This document shows, piece after piece, positions 1 through 18,383 of a DNA stretch of 64,000 bases. The translations under genes and the position numbers were made by a program. How positions within the stretch are numbered: the first letter of the stretch is position 1; each line of letters begins with the position of its first letter. The notes under the pieces were generated by a model that ran no database searches, had not been told where the DNA came from, and worked only from the letters and a program-made list of their open reading frames with translations. The DNA comes from Reclinomonas americana ATCC 50394 (taxonomy: Eukaryota): contig PS015020.1 in the NCBI GenBank assembly GCA_048213135.1, positions 268,430 to 332,429 of the forward strand. Reading direction: 5' to 3'.

Positions 1-39
<39 letters not shown>

Positions 40-216
40 CAAGAGAGAGGCACGATTGCACACATAAAAGTGACGAAACGCTCTTGGCCTCTCATCTTCC
101 TTTCCTGCTCTCTCACTCCCTCTGCCATTCACGCACATCGCTCCACCCTTACACATCACGATTATTGCTCACACACTCTCTCTCACTCACTCACACGTCA
201 TTGTGCCATCGCACAG

Positions 217-891
217 CCACCGAGTTCCTGAAATCACTGGAGACCGCTCCGGGCTTCTCCGTGGGCCTGTTGGAGATGCTGACGCTGGAGACGATCGGTG
301 ACGACGTGAAGCTGTCGGCCGCCGTCTACCTCAAGAACGTTGTCAAGCAGTACTGGCGCCAAGTTGCATTTGGACTCCTGCTTGTCTGTGTGGTGGTCGA
401 CCTGGTCGACTTGTCCTGAATGATCGTTGCTCCTCCTCTGCCTCCTTTCCACATCCTCCTCAGTCTTCTCCTTTGCTTCATCTTCTTCTTGGTTGATTCT
501 GTGCTCATCTGCTGCTTCTTCCTCTTCATGACTCTTCTTATTCCACCTCCTTCCCTTTCTTCTTCTTCTTCTTCTTTTTCTTCTTCTTCTTGTTCTTCAG
601 TCTTCTCCTTTGCTTCATCTTGATTGTCTTCCTCTTGGTTGATTCTGTTCATTCCTTGTCCCGCCTCTTCCCTTTTCCTCTTCTCCCTCCTCCTTTTGTC
701 TCACCGTCTGTGCTTCACAGGCACAATCACCTGAGGAGTACTCACTCTCCGCCGCCGACCGCGCCACCCTCAAGCAGAACCTCGTGTCGGTCATGGTCAG
801 CTCGTCCACCATTGTGCTGAAGCAACTCTCCGATGTGGTGGCTGTCGTGGCCGCCGCCGATTTCCCCCGACAGTGGGAGGAGTTGTTGCCG
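217..891 (+). CDS. Importin-beta family (CSE1/exportin-2- or importin-7/8/11-like) N-terminal fragment; two visible exons (217-362, 721-891), 5' and 3' parts missing
   Basis: Spliced translation FLKSLETAPGFSVGLLEML...VKLSAAVYLKNVVKQYWRQ|AQSPEEY...RATLKQNLVSVMV...LKQLSDVVAVVAAADFPRQWEELLP fits the IBN_N motifs (AAVYLKNxxxxxW; DFPxxWxxLLP). Confidence 0.8.
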
Positions 892-919
892 GTGCGCTAT
901 GCTTTCACTCTCTCTTCTA

Positions 920-1021
<102 letters not shown>

Positions 1022-2241
1022 GTTGTNNNNNNNNNNNNNNNNNNNNNNNNNNNNNNNNNNNNNNNNNNNNNNNNNNNNNNNNNNNNNNNNNNNNNNNNNN
1101 NNNNNNNNNNNNNNNNNNNNNNNNNNNNNNNNNNNNNNNNNNNNNNNNNNNNNNNNNNNNNNNNNNNNNNNNNNNNNNNNNNNNNNNNNNNNNNNNNNNN
1201 NNNNNNNNNNNNNNNNNNNNNNNNNNNNNNNNNNNNNNNNNNNNNNNNNNNNNNNNNNNNNNNNNNNNNNNNNNNNNNNNNNNNNNNNNNNNNNNNNNNN
1301 NNNNNNNNNNNNNNNNNNNNNNNNNNNNNNNNNNNNNNNNNNNNNNNNNNNNNNNNNNNNNNNNNNNNNNNNNNNNNNNNNNNNNNNNNNNNNNNNNNNN
1401 NNNNNNNNNNNNNNNNNNNNNNNNNNNNNNNNNNNNNNNNNNNNNNNNNNNNNNNNNNNNNNNNNNNNNNNNNNNNNNNNNNNNNNNNNNNNNNNNNNNN
1501 NNNNNNNNNNNNNNNNNNNNNNNNNNNNNNNNNNNNNNNNNNNNNNNNNNNNNNNNNNNNNNNNNNNNNNNNNNNNNNNNNNNNNNNNNNNNNNNNNNNN
1601 NNNNNNNNNNNNNNNNNNNNNNNNNNNNNNNNNNNNNNNNNNNNNNNNNNNNNNNNNNNNNNNNNNNNNNNNNNNNNNNNNNNNNNNNNNNNNNNNNNNN
1701 NNNNNNNNNNNNNNNNNNNNNNNNNNNNNNNNNNNNNNNNNNNNNNNNNNNNNNNNNNNNNNNNNNNNNNNNNNNNNNNNNNNNNNNNNNNNNNNNNNNN
1801 NNNNNNNNNNNNNNNNNNNNNNNNNNNNNNNNNNNNNNNNNNNNNNNNNNNNNNNNNNNNNNNNNNNNNNNNNNNNNNNNNNNNNNNNNNNNNNNNNNNN
1901 NNNNNNNNNNNNNNNNNNNNNNNNNNNNNNNNNNNNNNNNNNNNNNNNNNNNNNNNNNNNNNNNNNNNNNNNNCTCACTCACGAAACAGGTGATAAGGAA
2001 GAAGGGCACAGAGAGGAACGAAGCAAAGAAGTCAATGCAGGTCGATGCGCTCTCGCGGACAAGAAAAAGTGTGATTTTGTGGCTTGTAGAGGAGAGAAGA
2101 CATGCAACGGTCATATTTTTCACGAAAACGGCGGAGAAAGAGCGAGGAGAGCAGAGGAAAGAGACAGAGAGAACAACACAAACAGCAAACATGATAACCT
2201 CATGCTTCTTGCATTCCTCGATGTTGCATTGATGAGGGTCT

Positions 2242-3312
2242 TCACGCCAAGATGCTGAGCTTCTTCGCGCGGAACAACAGCACCTTCTCCAGAAACTCCA
2301 CGTGCTTCTCACACATGAAGCGGTAGTACCCTGCGTGGTCGCCATCCTGATCTGCCTGGAGCACTGCATGGTAGCGCCAACGATCGGTGGCCGGGATGAT
2401 GAGCCCGTACGAGCCGAGCACCAACTGCAGGAGAAGCCGCCCTGTGCGCCCGTTTCCGTCGAGGAAGGGGTGAATGTGCAGGAAATGGGCGTGAACGCGG
2501 GTGGCGTGGATGGTCGGCTCCGTCGCACGGGTGTCGTTGCTGTCGCGGATCCACGAGAGGAAGCGGTGCATTATCGCCGGCACCTCGTGTGGGTACGGTC
2601 GCACGGTGGCCGAGCCGCGAACCTTGACCGGTACGCGTCGGAACACCGTGGCCGGCAAGTGGCGGGCGGAGGTGCTGGCATCATCGTCACGTGCCTCGCC
2701 ACCCATCACTCGCTGGTGTATGCCGACGAGGTGGTCGGCCGTCAGGGTGCGTAGCCGTCCTTCCATTGCACGAGTGAACTCATGTGCCGACAGTGCACGC
2801 AGTCCGTCGATCAGATCCTTGGCCGGTGTCACCGTAGCCACTTCAGACACCACCGTGCGCCACGCTATGTCCATCCTGTAGCCGGCGCGGTCCAGAATCT
2901 CGGCAAGTCGCTCCACGTCGTTGGTGGTGAGCTGGCAGCCCTCCAAGTTGCACGAGTGTTGGACGCTCGCCACTCGATACGCCGCATCGAATTGGTTTCG
3001 CTCTGCAGTGGTGAATGGTGGCAGCTGTGTTCCGAGTTCGTGCCGCAGCTCCCCGATGCGCAGCAGCAGGTCTCGTGGCCACGTGTGCGAGTCGTCCGCA
3101 CCGTCGAAGAGCGGATAATGCGCCAGCCAGAGACGGCCTGTCACTGCAACTTGCAACGCTGCGTCTTCGGGGAGGCCCTGGAGGGGGGCGTAAATGGTGC
3201 GAAGGCGATGCAGTCGCAGCGCCTCAGCAGTGCTCACGGCCTCGGTTGACCACCACCGCACGGCGGGGAGAGGAGGAGCTCGAGGAAGTCGTCTGCAAGA
3301 GGCCGAGAACAT
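2242..3312 (-). CDS. Fic-domain protein (putative AMPylase), intronless, with N-terminal inhibitory motif and mitochondrial-type leader
   Basis: 356-aa ORF with canonical HPFLDGNGRTGR Fic motif, an (S/T)xxxE(G/N) motif SCNLEG upstream, and an Arg/Ser-rich acid-free N-terminus (MFSASCRRLPRAPPLPAVRWWS). Confidence 0.92.
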   Translation of the reverse strand: MFSASCRRLPRAPPLPAVRWWSTEAVSTAEALRLHRLRTIYAPLQGLPEDAALQVAVTGRLWLAHYPLFDGADDSHTWPRDLLLRIGELRHELGTQLPPFTTAERNQFDAAYRVASVQHSCNLEGCQLTTNDVERLAEILDRAGYRMDIAWRTVVSEVATVTPAKDLIDGLRALSAHEFTRAMEGRLRTLTADHLVGIHQRVMGGEARDDDASTSARHLPATVFRRVPVKVRGSATVRPYPHEVPAIMHRFLSWIRDSNDTRATEPTIHATRVHAHFLHIHPFLDGNGRTGRLLLQLVLGSYGLIIPATDRWRYHAVLQADQDGDHAGYYRFMCEKHVEFLEKVLLFRAKKLSILA

Positions 3313-4075
3313 GATGTGAGTGTGTGTGATTGAGAGAGATGGAGGTGGAGGTGGAGATGGAGAGAGTTAAAGCTTCAGTGATAGCGAGTGTGGAGAGTCC
3401 AACGCGATCGACAGAACTCTCTTATTTCCAATAAATGCTCATGAGCGAGAAGAGCCAGCAGAAGAAAGTGGATGGCGATGATTCAGATGATGCAGCAGTG
3501 AGAATGGTACGTCGGGTGCTGAGTGGGCAGGGCAGCAGAACGTGGGGGAACAGTTGGTTTATGTAAATAATTTGTGTTGCGCGCGATCTTCACCTCGCAC
3601 TATTAACACGTGCTACTTCCGTTGTTGCTCTTCGCTGCGTGCGCGCAGTCGACTCCGTTGGTGAGTGTGAGTGTTGACCTACTTTGCTTTTTTTCATTCT
3701 TTGTTGTTTCTCACGTGCACTCATCACGCTGCGCCTCACATGTATTGACATCCATTCCACACTGGCTATGGTCTCGTACGAATAGCCGCAGTCGGCCTCA
3801 GCAGCACTCCCATCGCCAGATGCATCTACGCGGTCCCAGGTGAGTGTGCGTGTGAGAAGATCTCTTGCTTGTGCACTGGAGCAACTTGGTTATCACTCAC
3901 CGCTCGCATGCTTCACTGGTGCCTGCGCAGGAACCGCGACCAGTGGATCCCATGGTCAGTACCGTGTATGATCATCTTCTTGGTTTCTGTGTAAATGAGC
4001 TTCTACACAACACCTTGCATTCCTTTTTCTTTTTTCGCAGCGTGATCCCTGCTGCGGACTTTTGGTGAGTCGGAG

Positions 4076-5286
4076 ATGTCATGGAAGTCTGATCATGCGA
4101 ATGTGCAATTGCTGAAGCTAACTAGAACTCAGCTTGAGAAGGAAGCGGAGATCCGTGAGTTGCGGGATCAGCGACGCGAGCTACAGCTGGCCGTCGAAGC
4201 ACACGANNNNNNNNNNNNNNNNNNNNNNNNNNNNNNNNNNNNNNNNNNNNNNNNNNNNNNNNNNNNNNNNNNNNNNNNNNNNNNNNNNNNNNNNNNNNNN
4301 NNNNNNNNNNNNNNNNNNNNNNNNNNNNNNNNNNNNNNNNNNNNNNNNNNNNNNNNNNNNNNNNNNNNNNNNNNNNNNNNNNNNNNNNNNNNNNNNNNNN
4401 NNNNNNNNNNNNNNNNNNNNNNNNNNNNNNNNNNNNNNNNNNNNNNNNNNNNNNNNNNNNNNNNNNNNNNNNNNNNNNNNNNNNNNNNNNNNNNNNNNNN
4501 NNNNNNNNNNNNNNNNNNNNNNNNNNNNNNNNNNNNNNNNNNNNNNNNNNNNNNNNNNNNNNNNNNNNNNNNNNNNNNNNNNNNNNNNNNNNNNNNNNNN
4601 NNNNNNNNNNNNNNNNNNNNNNNNNNNNNNNNNNNNNNNNNNNNNNNNNNNNNNNNNNNNNNNNNNNNNNNNNNNNNNNNNNNNNNNNNNNNNNNNNNNN
4701 NNNNNNNNNNNNNNNNNNNNNNNNNNNNNNNNNNNNNNNNNNNNNNNNNNNNNNNNNNNNNNNNNNNNNNNNNNNNNNNNNNNNNNNNNNNNNNNNNNNN
4801 NNNNNNNNNNNNNNNNNNNNNNNNNNNNNNNNNNNNNNNNNNNNNNNNNNNNNNNNNNNNNNNNNNNNNNNNNNNNNNNNNNNNNNNNNNNNNNNNNNNN
4901 NNNNNNNNNNNNNNNNNNNNNNNNNNNNNNNNNNNNNNNACTTCAGTCTTTCTCTGTTTGTCATCGTGTTCTTTGTTACAGCAGCAGCCGTCGTCGGTGC
5001 TGCGTGTGAATAGTGGATTGATGGGAGGAAACAAGGGAAGGGAAAGAGAGGGAAAGGGAAACCCGGATTCTAATTCCTTGGTGATACACAATCTCTCTCT
5101 CTCCCTCTCCCTCTCCCTCGCTGTCTCTCTCTCTCCGTCTCTCTCTCACCTTCCTTCCCACAGCCCACGGTGCGACGATCGACGGGCGCGGAGAATGCCG
5201 AGTTGCGACGACAGCAGGCGTTGCTGGCGGCCGCCTCGAGTGTGACGCAGTCGATGAGTTTTACGGCCATGGCGGAGCGTATTGCT
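4076..5286 (+). CDS. Coiled-coil-like exons upstream of Raptor (separate gene fragment or Raptor N-terminal extension), interrupted by a gap
   Basis: QLEKEAEIRELRDQRRELQLAVEAH before the gap; AENAELRRQQALLAAASSVTQSMSFTAMAERIA after an AG acceptor at ~5163, followed by a GTTGCG donor at 5287. Confidence 0.4.
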
Positions 5287-5355
5287 GTTGCGTGTTTCTC
5301 TTTACGTCCTCACGCCTCTCTCATCTCCATCCACATTCAAGGACGTTGTGCGACA

Positions 5356-11758
<6,403 letters not shown>

Positions 11759-12217
11759 GGTGCGCAAGAGGAGTAAAGAGAGAGAGAAAGGCAATGGTGA
11801 TTTGTGGGTGGAAGGGTGGCCCATTGCACAGCAGTGATGTCAGTGAGGTGAGAGGTGCAGGAGATGCCAGCGACAGACTGCGAACGGGCATGCCGCTCTC
11901 AGTGATGTAGAGACGGATAGCGAGGTGGAATGCCTCTCGTCAGCGATGTCGGTGAGGCAGGATGTCGACTGCAACGTGAGCGAGGTGGCATGACGCTCCT
12001 CAGAGATATCACCGAGTCATGAGACCAAAAGCGACCACTCGTCACTGGATCGCTTTTGCAAGCCAAGAGGTTCTGAGGCTTCTCTTTCATCCGCAACGAA
12101 CGGGCACTGTAGCTTTACATCTACGACGAAATGCATGTTCGGCAGGGGGGCTATCTTTGGCCACCCGTCACAAATACATTTGCATTGTCGCGATTGTCAC
12201 GTTTCATTTGCAGTCTG

Positions 12218-12591
12218 ATGTCGGAGAAGGGAGCAACAGGAGGGGAAGCAGTCAAGAGTGCAGACTCGGCCTCTCTGATGGTCTCCGGAGCACAAGTAAT
12301 CTCCGAGTCGACTGCACACACTGCACATGCTGCTGATGAAATCGAAGGAAAGGAGCACAAGTGGCGACATCGATGGCACGAGGCGGGCAACATTACAAAG
12401 CTGGCGGTGCCGATTGTGTTGTCGAATGTGGCGTTGTTTCTGATGGGAGTGGTGGATATGATGATGGTGGTGAGTGAAGGGGGGAAGGGAGGAGAGAGAG
12501 AGAGAGAGGAGGGAGGGAGGAGAGAGAGAGGAGGGAGGAGAGAGAGAGAGAGAGGAGGGAGGGAGGGAGGAGAGGAGGAGGAGGAGGAGAG

Positions 12592-12623
<32 letters not shown>

Positions 12624-12836
12624 AGGACGTACGTTAGTTTGTTTCGTTGTTGTTTGTTTGTTTGTTTGTTTGTTGTTTGTTTGTTTGTTGTTGTTGTGTG
12701 TGTGTCGTGTCGTTNNNNNNNNNNNNNNNNNNNNACGTACGACGTACGAGACGACGTACGACGTAGAGACGAGAGTACGTACGTACGTACGACGACGTAC
12801 GTACGAGTAGTAGAGAGAGAGAGAGAGAGAGAGGAG

Positions 12837-12872
<36 letters not shown>

Positions 12873-15752
12873 GAGGAGAGAGAGAGAGAGAGAAGGGAGG
12901 GAGGGAGGGAGAGAGGAAGGGAGAAGGGATGGGAGAGTGAAGACAAGGGGAAGAGAGAGAGAGAAGATCAAGGGAGCACGTATTGTTCTTGTTCTTGTTG
13001 TTGTTGTTGTTCTTGTTGTTGTTCTTGTTGTTGTTGCTGGTGCTGCGTTGTTGTTGTTGGTGTTGTCGCCGTCGTCATTGTTGTTTTGCAGCTTGGGGGC
13101 CTTTGACTGCATTCCGTGGTGATTGCATGCGGAGATTGAGAAGAAGCATAGACTTGGCGATGATGACCCTTCGTGACTCGTTTCGTCTCCCTGATAACAG
13201 GGTCATCTGGGCACGTTGCAACTGAGTGCTGCGGCGCTCGGCAACATGTGGACTGGCGGTCTGTTGCCATTCTTTGCATGTTTCGTTGGATGATGGCTGG
13301 CGCTGAGTCTTTCGTGTGCAGGTGTCGCGGCGTTCACCATGGGATTCTCGTTTGCGATTGATACGCTGGTGAGTGGGAGATCAGGGGCAGAGGCAAGACA
13401 AAAGCTTCGTTGCCACTTCTCCGGTGGTCTGTGTGTATGTTTGCCTGCTTTGATTTGTACTCGAGCTCTGTTGTCGAGAGGCGAGCTGTCAGCTTTGTTT
13501 CGTCTCTCCATGTTCCCTCTGCTTGTGTTTGCCTGTCTTGCCTGTCTGCTGTCTGCGGTGACCATAGCTTTCTTCCATTCTCGAAAGACAGGCAGACATG
13601 AGTTGTCAGCTTGTATCTTCCCCTGTTGCCACTCCGCTTCTGTCTGCCTGTCTGCCTGCTTGCGTTCCTCTCTCTCTCTCTCTCTGATCATTTGTGAACG
13701 ATTGTCTTTCATTTTTGAGTGAGGCAGAGATGAGCTGGCTGTTTGTACCTGCCTCGCGTTTTCCAACCTGCGTGCCCTGTCACTCACCCTTTTTTCCCCT
13801 TCTCCTCCTCCTTCTCTTTCTTCGCCGAGCAGGTCAGTCAGGCGGTCGGCGCTGGCAACCAAAAACTCGTGGACCAAACACTATACCGCGCCTACTTGAC
13901 GCTGACAATATTATCGCTGCTGACGGCTCCGTTGTGGTGGTACGTTTGAGCTTACACGCATGACTTGACTCTCCTGTCTCGTGTTCACTCTCTCCCTCCC
14001 CTGAAGGTTTGCCGGTCCCATTCTGTCGGTGCTGAACCAGCCGGCCGATATTCTCGAGCTGACACAAGAGTTCACAAGGTTGGTCGAGTCGTTTCGGTTG
14101 TTGCTGCTGCTCCGCTCCTCTGACTCACCACCCCCCGCCAGATATCTCATCCCCGGCATTGTTCCCTGGTTCCTGTACATCGCGATGCAAAAATGGCTGG
14201 CCAACCAGGGCAGCGTGTATCCGAGCCTCGTTGCGTTTTCACACCCCTTGTTCTCGCCCTTGTGACATCCACTCATCGATGGTGATGGCGTGCAGGTGGT
14301 CGCCCTCATCGCCAACGTCTTCAATGTTGCGCTCCCATCGCCTCTCCGTCTCGAAAGTTTCCCGTTCCACTCACATCTCCTCACCGCGCAGGTGATTTTC
14401 AACTGGGTCTTCATCTACGGCGTCGCCGGTTGGGGCGGTTTCGGATTCATTGGCGCCCCCATTGCCACCTCCTGCAGTCGCGCCGTGCTGGCCATCACCA
14501 TGTACATTTTCGTGCGCCTGCGACAGCGGCAAGCGCACCGACGCATGGGAGCCACATTCTGCAGCAGCATGACACGCAAGGGTCTCATCGAGTTCGTCAA
14601 GCTCGGCATCCCCGGCGGCTTCCAGCTGCTTCTCGAGGGTTGGGGATTTGAGGTGCGTGCAGGAAAAGAGTCGTCTTTGTCATCGTTGCTCTGACACATC
14701 TCACAGTCGACGACATTTGTGGCTGGCCTGTTTGGTTCCACGGTGCTGGCCTCTCACACGATTGTGCTTAACATTGGCGCCGTCATCTGGATGACATGCC
14801 TCGGCTTGAGGTGAGTACTATCAGCGCCCTTTTGTAAATGAGAGTGCGGCATGTGAGTGACATTGTGTGCGCAGCATTGCCACGGGCATTCGAGTCGGCA
14901 CGCAACTCGGCGCCGGTTCTGCCAAGGGCGCCAAGGAAACGGGCCTGCTGGGCATGGTGGTGGCCGCAGGTTGCGTCTCGCTGCTGTCTCTTCGCCCAGC
15001 CTCTCTCCCCCGCTCATCTCACTCGTCTCCTCGACACAGTGGTCATGAGCATCATGCTGCTTGTTCTCCCCTTCCGCGGCCTCCTGTTCCGTGCCTTCAC
15101 CGACGACGACACGGTGATTGAGCTGGCGTCGAAGCTCATGATCCTCTGCTCGCTCTTCCTGGTGTTCGACGCGGTGCGTACCGATCGCCCACCGCATCGC
15201 TCCACACGAAGACCGCTGAATGTCATCCATCCCTGCAGGTGTTTACTGTCGGCGGCGGCGTGCTGCGCGGCATGGGCAAGCAGGCGGTGGGAGGCGCGTT
15301 GGTGTTGGTGGCGTTTTATGGCGTCAGTCTGCCGATTGGCCTGCTCTTGACGTTTGTTGCCGACTGGGGAGTCATTGGCGTGTGGAGCGGTCTCACCATT
15401 GGTCTGTTGGTGTGCGCGCTGCTGATGTTGGTTATGCTGCTGCGTGGCATCAACTGGGAAAATGTGAGTGTGGAGAGAGGGAAGAAGTGGGTGAAGCGAG
15501 GGAGGCAAGATGCTTAATATATGAGCGCAGGAGGTGGAAAAGGCAAAGGAACGCACTCGATCGGACGACCACCACCCTCACCTTGTGGACATTGAGATGG
15601 CGACACACGTAATGGCCGTGGCCGATCACAGTGAGGAGCAGCCGCATGTCACGACCGTCGATGAGGAGGGACTGTTGCAGCACATGGACAGCGATGGTGA
15701 GGGGCAGGCGGAGGAGGAGGAGCTAGAAGAGCAAAAGGGGAGCAGAATATGA
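12218..15752 (+). CDS. MATE family efflux transporter, multi-exon
   Basis: KLAVPIVLSNVALFLMGVVDMMMV, IFNWVFIYG...GFIGAPIATS, FVKLGIPGGFQLLLEGWGFE, IATGIRVGTQLGAG, GGVLRGMGKQ, GVWSGLTIG. Confidence 0.93.
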
Positions 15753-16298
15753 GTGAAACGGCCTCATTGCCTCAAGAGACGGATGGAGTAGGGGTCGACA
15801 ATGATTGAGAAAGGCAGGAGAGAGCGCTGTGTGTGTGAGAGAGAGAGAGAGAGTAGAGAAAGACAGGTCAGGTGTTGTAACATGAGGCAGAGTGAAGTAG
15901 CCTGTCGGAAGAAAACCGCAGTGAGCCAAGAAGAAGGAGAAGTTCACCATAACGATACTTGTATGGGAAGACAGAAGGCATGAAGTCGGTGTGCCACGAG
16001 CGAACAATTGCTGCAATTCGAAGTCACTGGCAGGAAAGCTGTGTGAACGAAGAAGAAGGGGGAGTTAGCAAGAGAAGAGACTTGAGCGGAGAGAGTGAGA
16101 GAGAAAGGAGAAGGCGAAGTCTGGCATCACTTTACTTGTGACCATCATGTGAAAGACGGAAGACAGGGTCGTGGTCGATGACATTGGCCACGAGGCTGCA
16201 CCGATGGTGAGTGATCTCCTTTTTCACAGCCGCTCCAAAAAATATGCAAAACATTATTTGTCCTTGCCCGACCCAGCTACAGTGAATTCCTGAAACTC

Positions 16299-17940
16299 AT
16301 GCTGCGGACACCAAACGTGTTTCTCGGAGGCCACAACCGGCACGCCACACGGTGCTTTTCATCTGGAGCAAGCAAGGCTGAGGGCTTCTGTGAGTGTGTA
16401 CATGTAAACATCTCGTTCGTGTGTGTGGCTGATTCTCTGGACATCACAGTCCTCACTGGAAGACTCATGACGCGATGGCCTCTGGTGCTGGCCATAGGTG
16501 TGCCTGGAATTGTTTTTGCACTTGCACTGAATGAGCAAAAGAAGAGGGTGGTAAGTCACCGCTCGCGTGTATACGTATTCGTAGACACTGCGCCAGTGTG
16601 TACTGACGTTGCTGCCCGGCCGGTCGCCCCTCACCATAGTGCGACAACCCCTGTTCGCTCACAGAGCTCGATTTCGACGTTTATAAGTCGCGCCGCTACC
16701 ACGTGGGGCCACAGTCTCTGTTCCATCGCGAAGTGGTCCACAAGCTGGCCCACTCGCTGGCAGCGTCGGTGCCGCTGCCTCCACTCGTGCGCACCTTCTC
16801 GCCACTGTTCGATAAGCCCGCGGAGCTTTTACCTTCTCTGCACGTGCCTGCTTTCTCTCAATACGCGCTCGACTTGAGGGTGAAGCAGATCGCTGACATG
16901 CTGCTAGCCAGTCTCGATAACAAGTCGTTTTCTCTGCAACAAGTCTGCGATCGCGAAGGGCTCGCCCTTCATGATGTTGCCCCACACTCGATACACCTGC
17001 TGGAGCATACCAAGCTGGTGAGTTATCGTTGGCTGTCGCGATCCTCTAGAGCTCTTGCCTCGAGCTCTGCTTCGAATTCACTGGACGGTGCTGCAGCATC
17101 GCCAGATTGCGTCAGTCGTTGACGACTGTGCCAAGTCCTTCGTCGTCGGACAGCGCGTGCCGGGTCAGCAGCCCGAGGCAGCCAAGCCAGACCAGCAGCG
17201 CGTGGTGGCCGAACCCGACCGGCGGCACGTGCTTGTGTCTGCCAGTGCCCCACCTTCAGTACACCTGGTGGCTGGGTACGAATGCGGCCGAAAACTTGGC
17301 AAGCTGTGTAGCATCAGCTTCTGGAACCCTCTGTTCCACCAGTCGGGCGTGCAGCACATCATCTGGCCGGTCAACTTCAACATGGAAGCATCCAAACCAA
17401 CTCACGTGCACGCACCGTTCCTGGTGGCGCAGGAGAAGCCGTCGGCGCCGCACTTGGTGCTGTTCTTACAAGCTGGAGGCGCTCGCGAGCTGCACCCTGC
17501 TCAACAAGAGGTGATCCGCAAGCGACTTGGCCAGGTACGCGCGCCTGCTTCAGCTTGCAATTGGAAATGCAGGTCCAGTATCAGTATGAGGTGTTCACTC
17601 AGTGACGCAGCCCCCCTATGACGCCAAGTCTGGGGAGATATCCGTGCTGAACGTTGTCATTCGAGGTGGCGCTGGCGCTTACTTGACTGAGGCCGATGCG
17701 CCTCAGGTCATGGAACAACTGCGCATGTTTGTCCGGTCGCTAGTCGAACTACACGGCGAGTCCAAGAAGACTGTTTCTATCGTGTCGGCCGCGCCGGCCT
17801 TTGTGACCTTCTCGCTCGGATTTCTGTTGGGCGAGGAGAGCCGCCGCCTTCCGCCGCATGTGTTGCTGTTCGATGGCCGTCCCTCTGAAACGTTTTTTGT
17901 GCGCGAGCTGATATCGATGCAATCAGATCTAGATGTCTGA
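16299..17940 (+). CDS. Transit-peptide + single TM + C-terminal SAVED-like domain protein, 5 exons
   Basis: Exons ~16299-16389, 16450-16550, 16640-17017, 17097-17534, 17611-17940 join in frame through GT-AG introns. The C-terminal ~230 aa carry both SAVED half-motifs: HVLVSASAPPSVHLVAGY and TVSIVSAAPAFVTFSLGFLLG...HVLLFD. Confidence 0.72.
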
Positions 17941-18383
17941 GTACATTCAGTTTTCCCTTGAAGGCTACCAACTAGAGGCATCAGGCCTTGGTGCCGCTGT
18001 CGGTTCAAGTATACGTAAACCGATGAAGAACTCGTGCAAGAGATATGCATGATCAGCTCGAGCTCCACGAAGCTCGACACACATCGCTCCTCACGTATAG
18101 AGCCGTACACACGCACACACACATACATACACGCACGCATGGATCGGTGGCAGGAGAGCTCGAGTGGCCGAGAGGTATGCAGCTGCGTGACCTTTCGTTC
18201 GCGTACGCGTCGGAACAATAGCATTCACAAAGTCAACGACAAACAACCACACACAGGCCCACTCTCTCCTCGCCTCCACCTCCAGCAACAAACTTCACAC
18301 AACGCACACATCTTGGTCAGGACAGCCTTTCCGGTTTCTCTACTCACACACAAAAACATTTCCCACATTGGGTGAGCACGCAA

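Noticed and set aside
3768-3840. ATG-GTC-TCG-TAC-GAA-TAG followed by an open frame to a splice donor, suggesting TAG reassignment
   Set aside because: I saw no in-frame stops in conserved exons, and TAG, TAA and TGA each terminate recognisable genes (e.g. INTS2 TAG). The standard code suffices.
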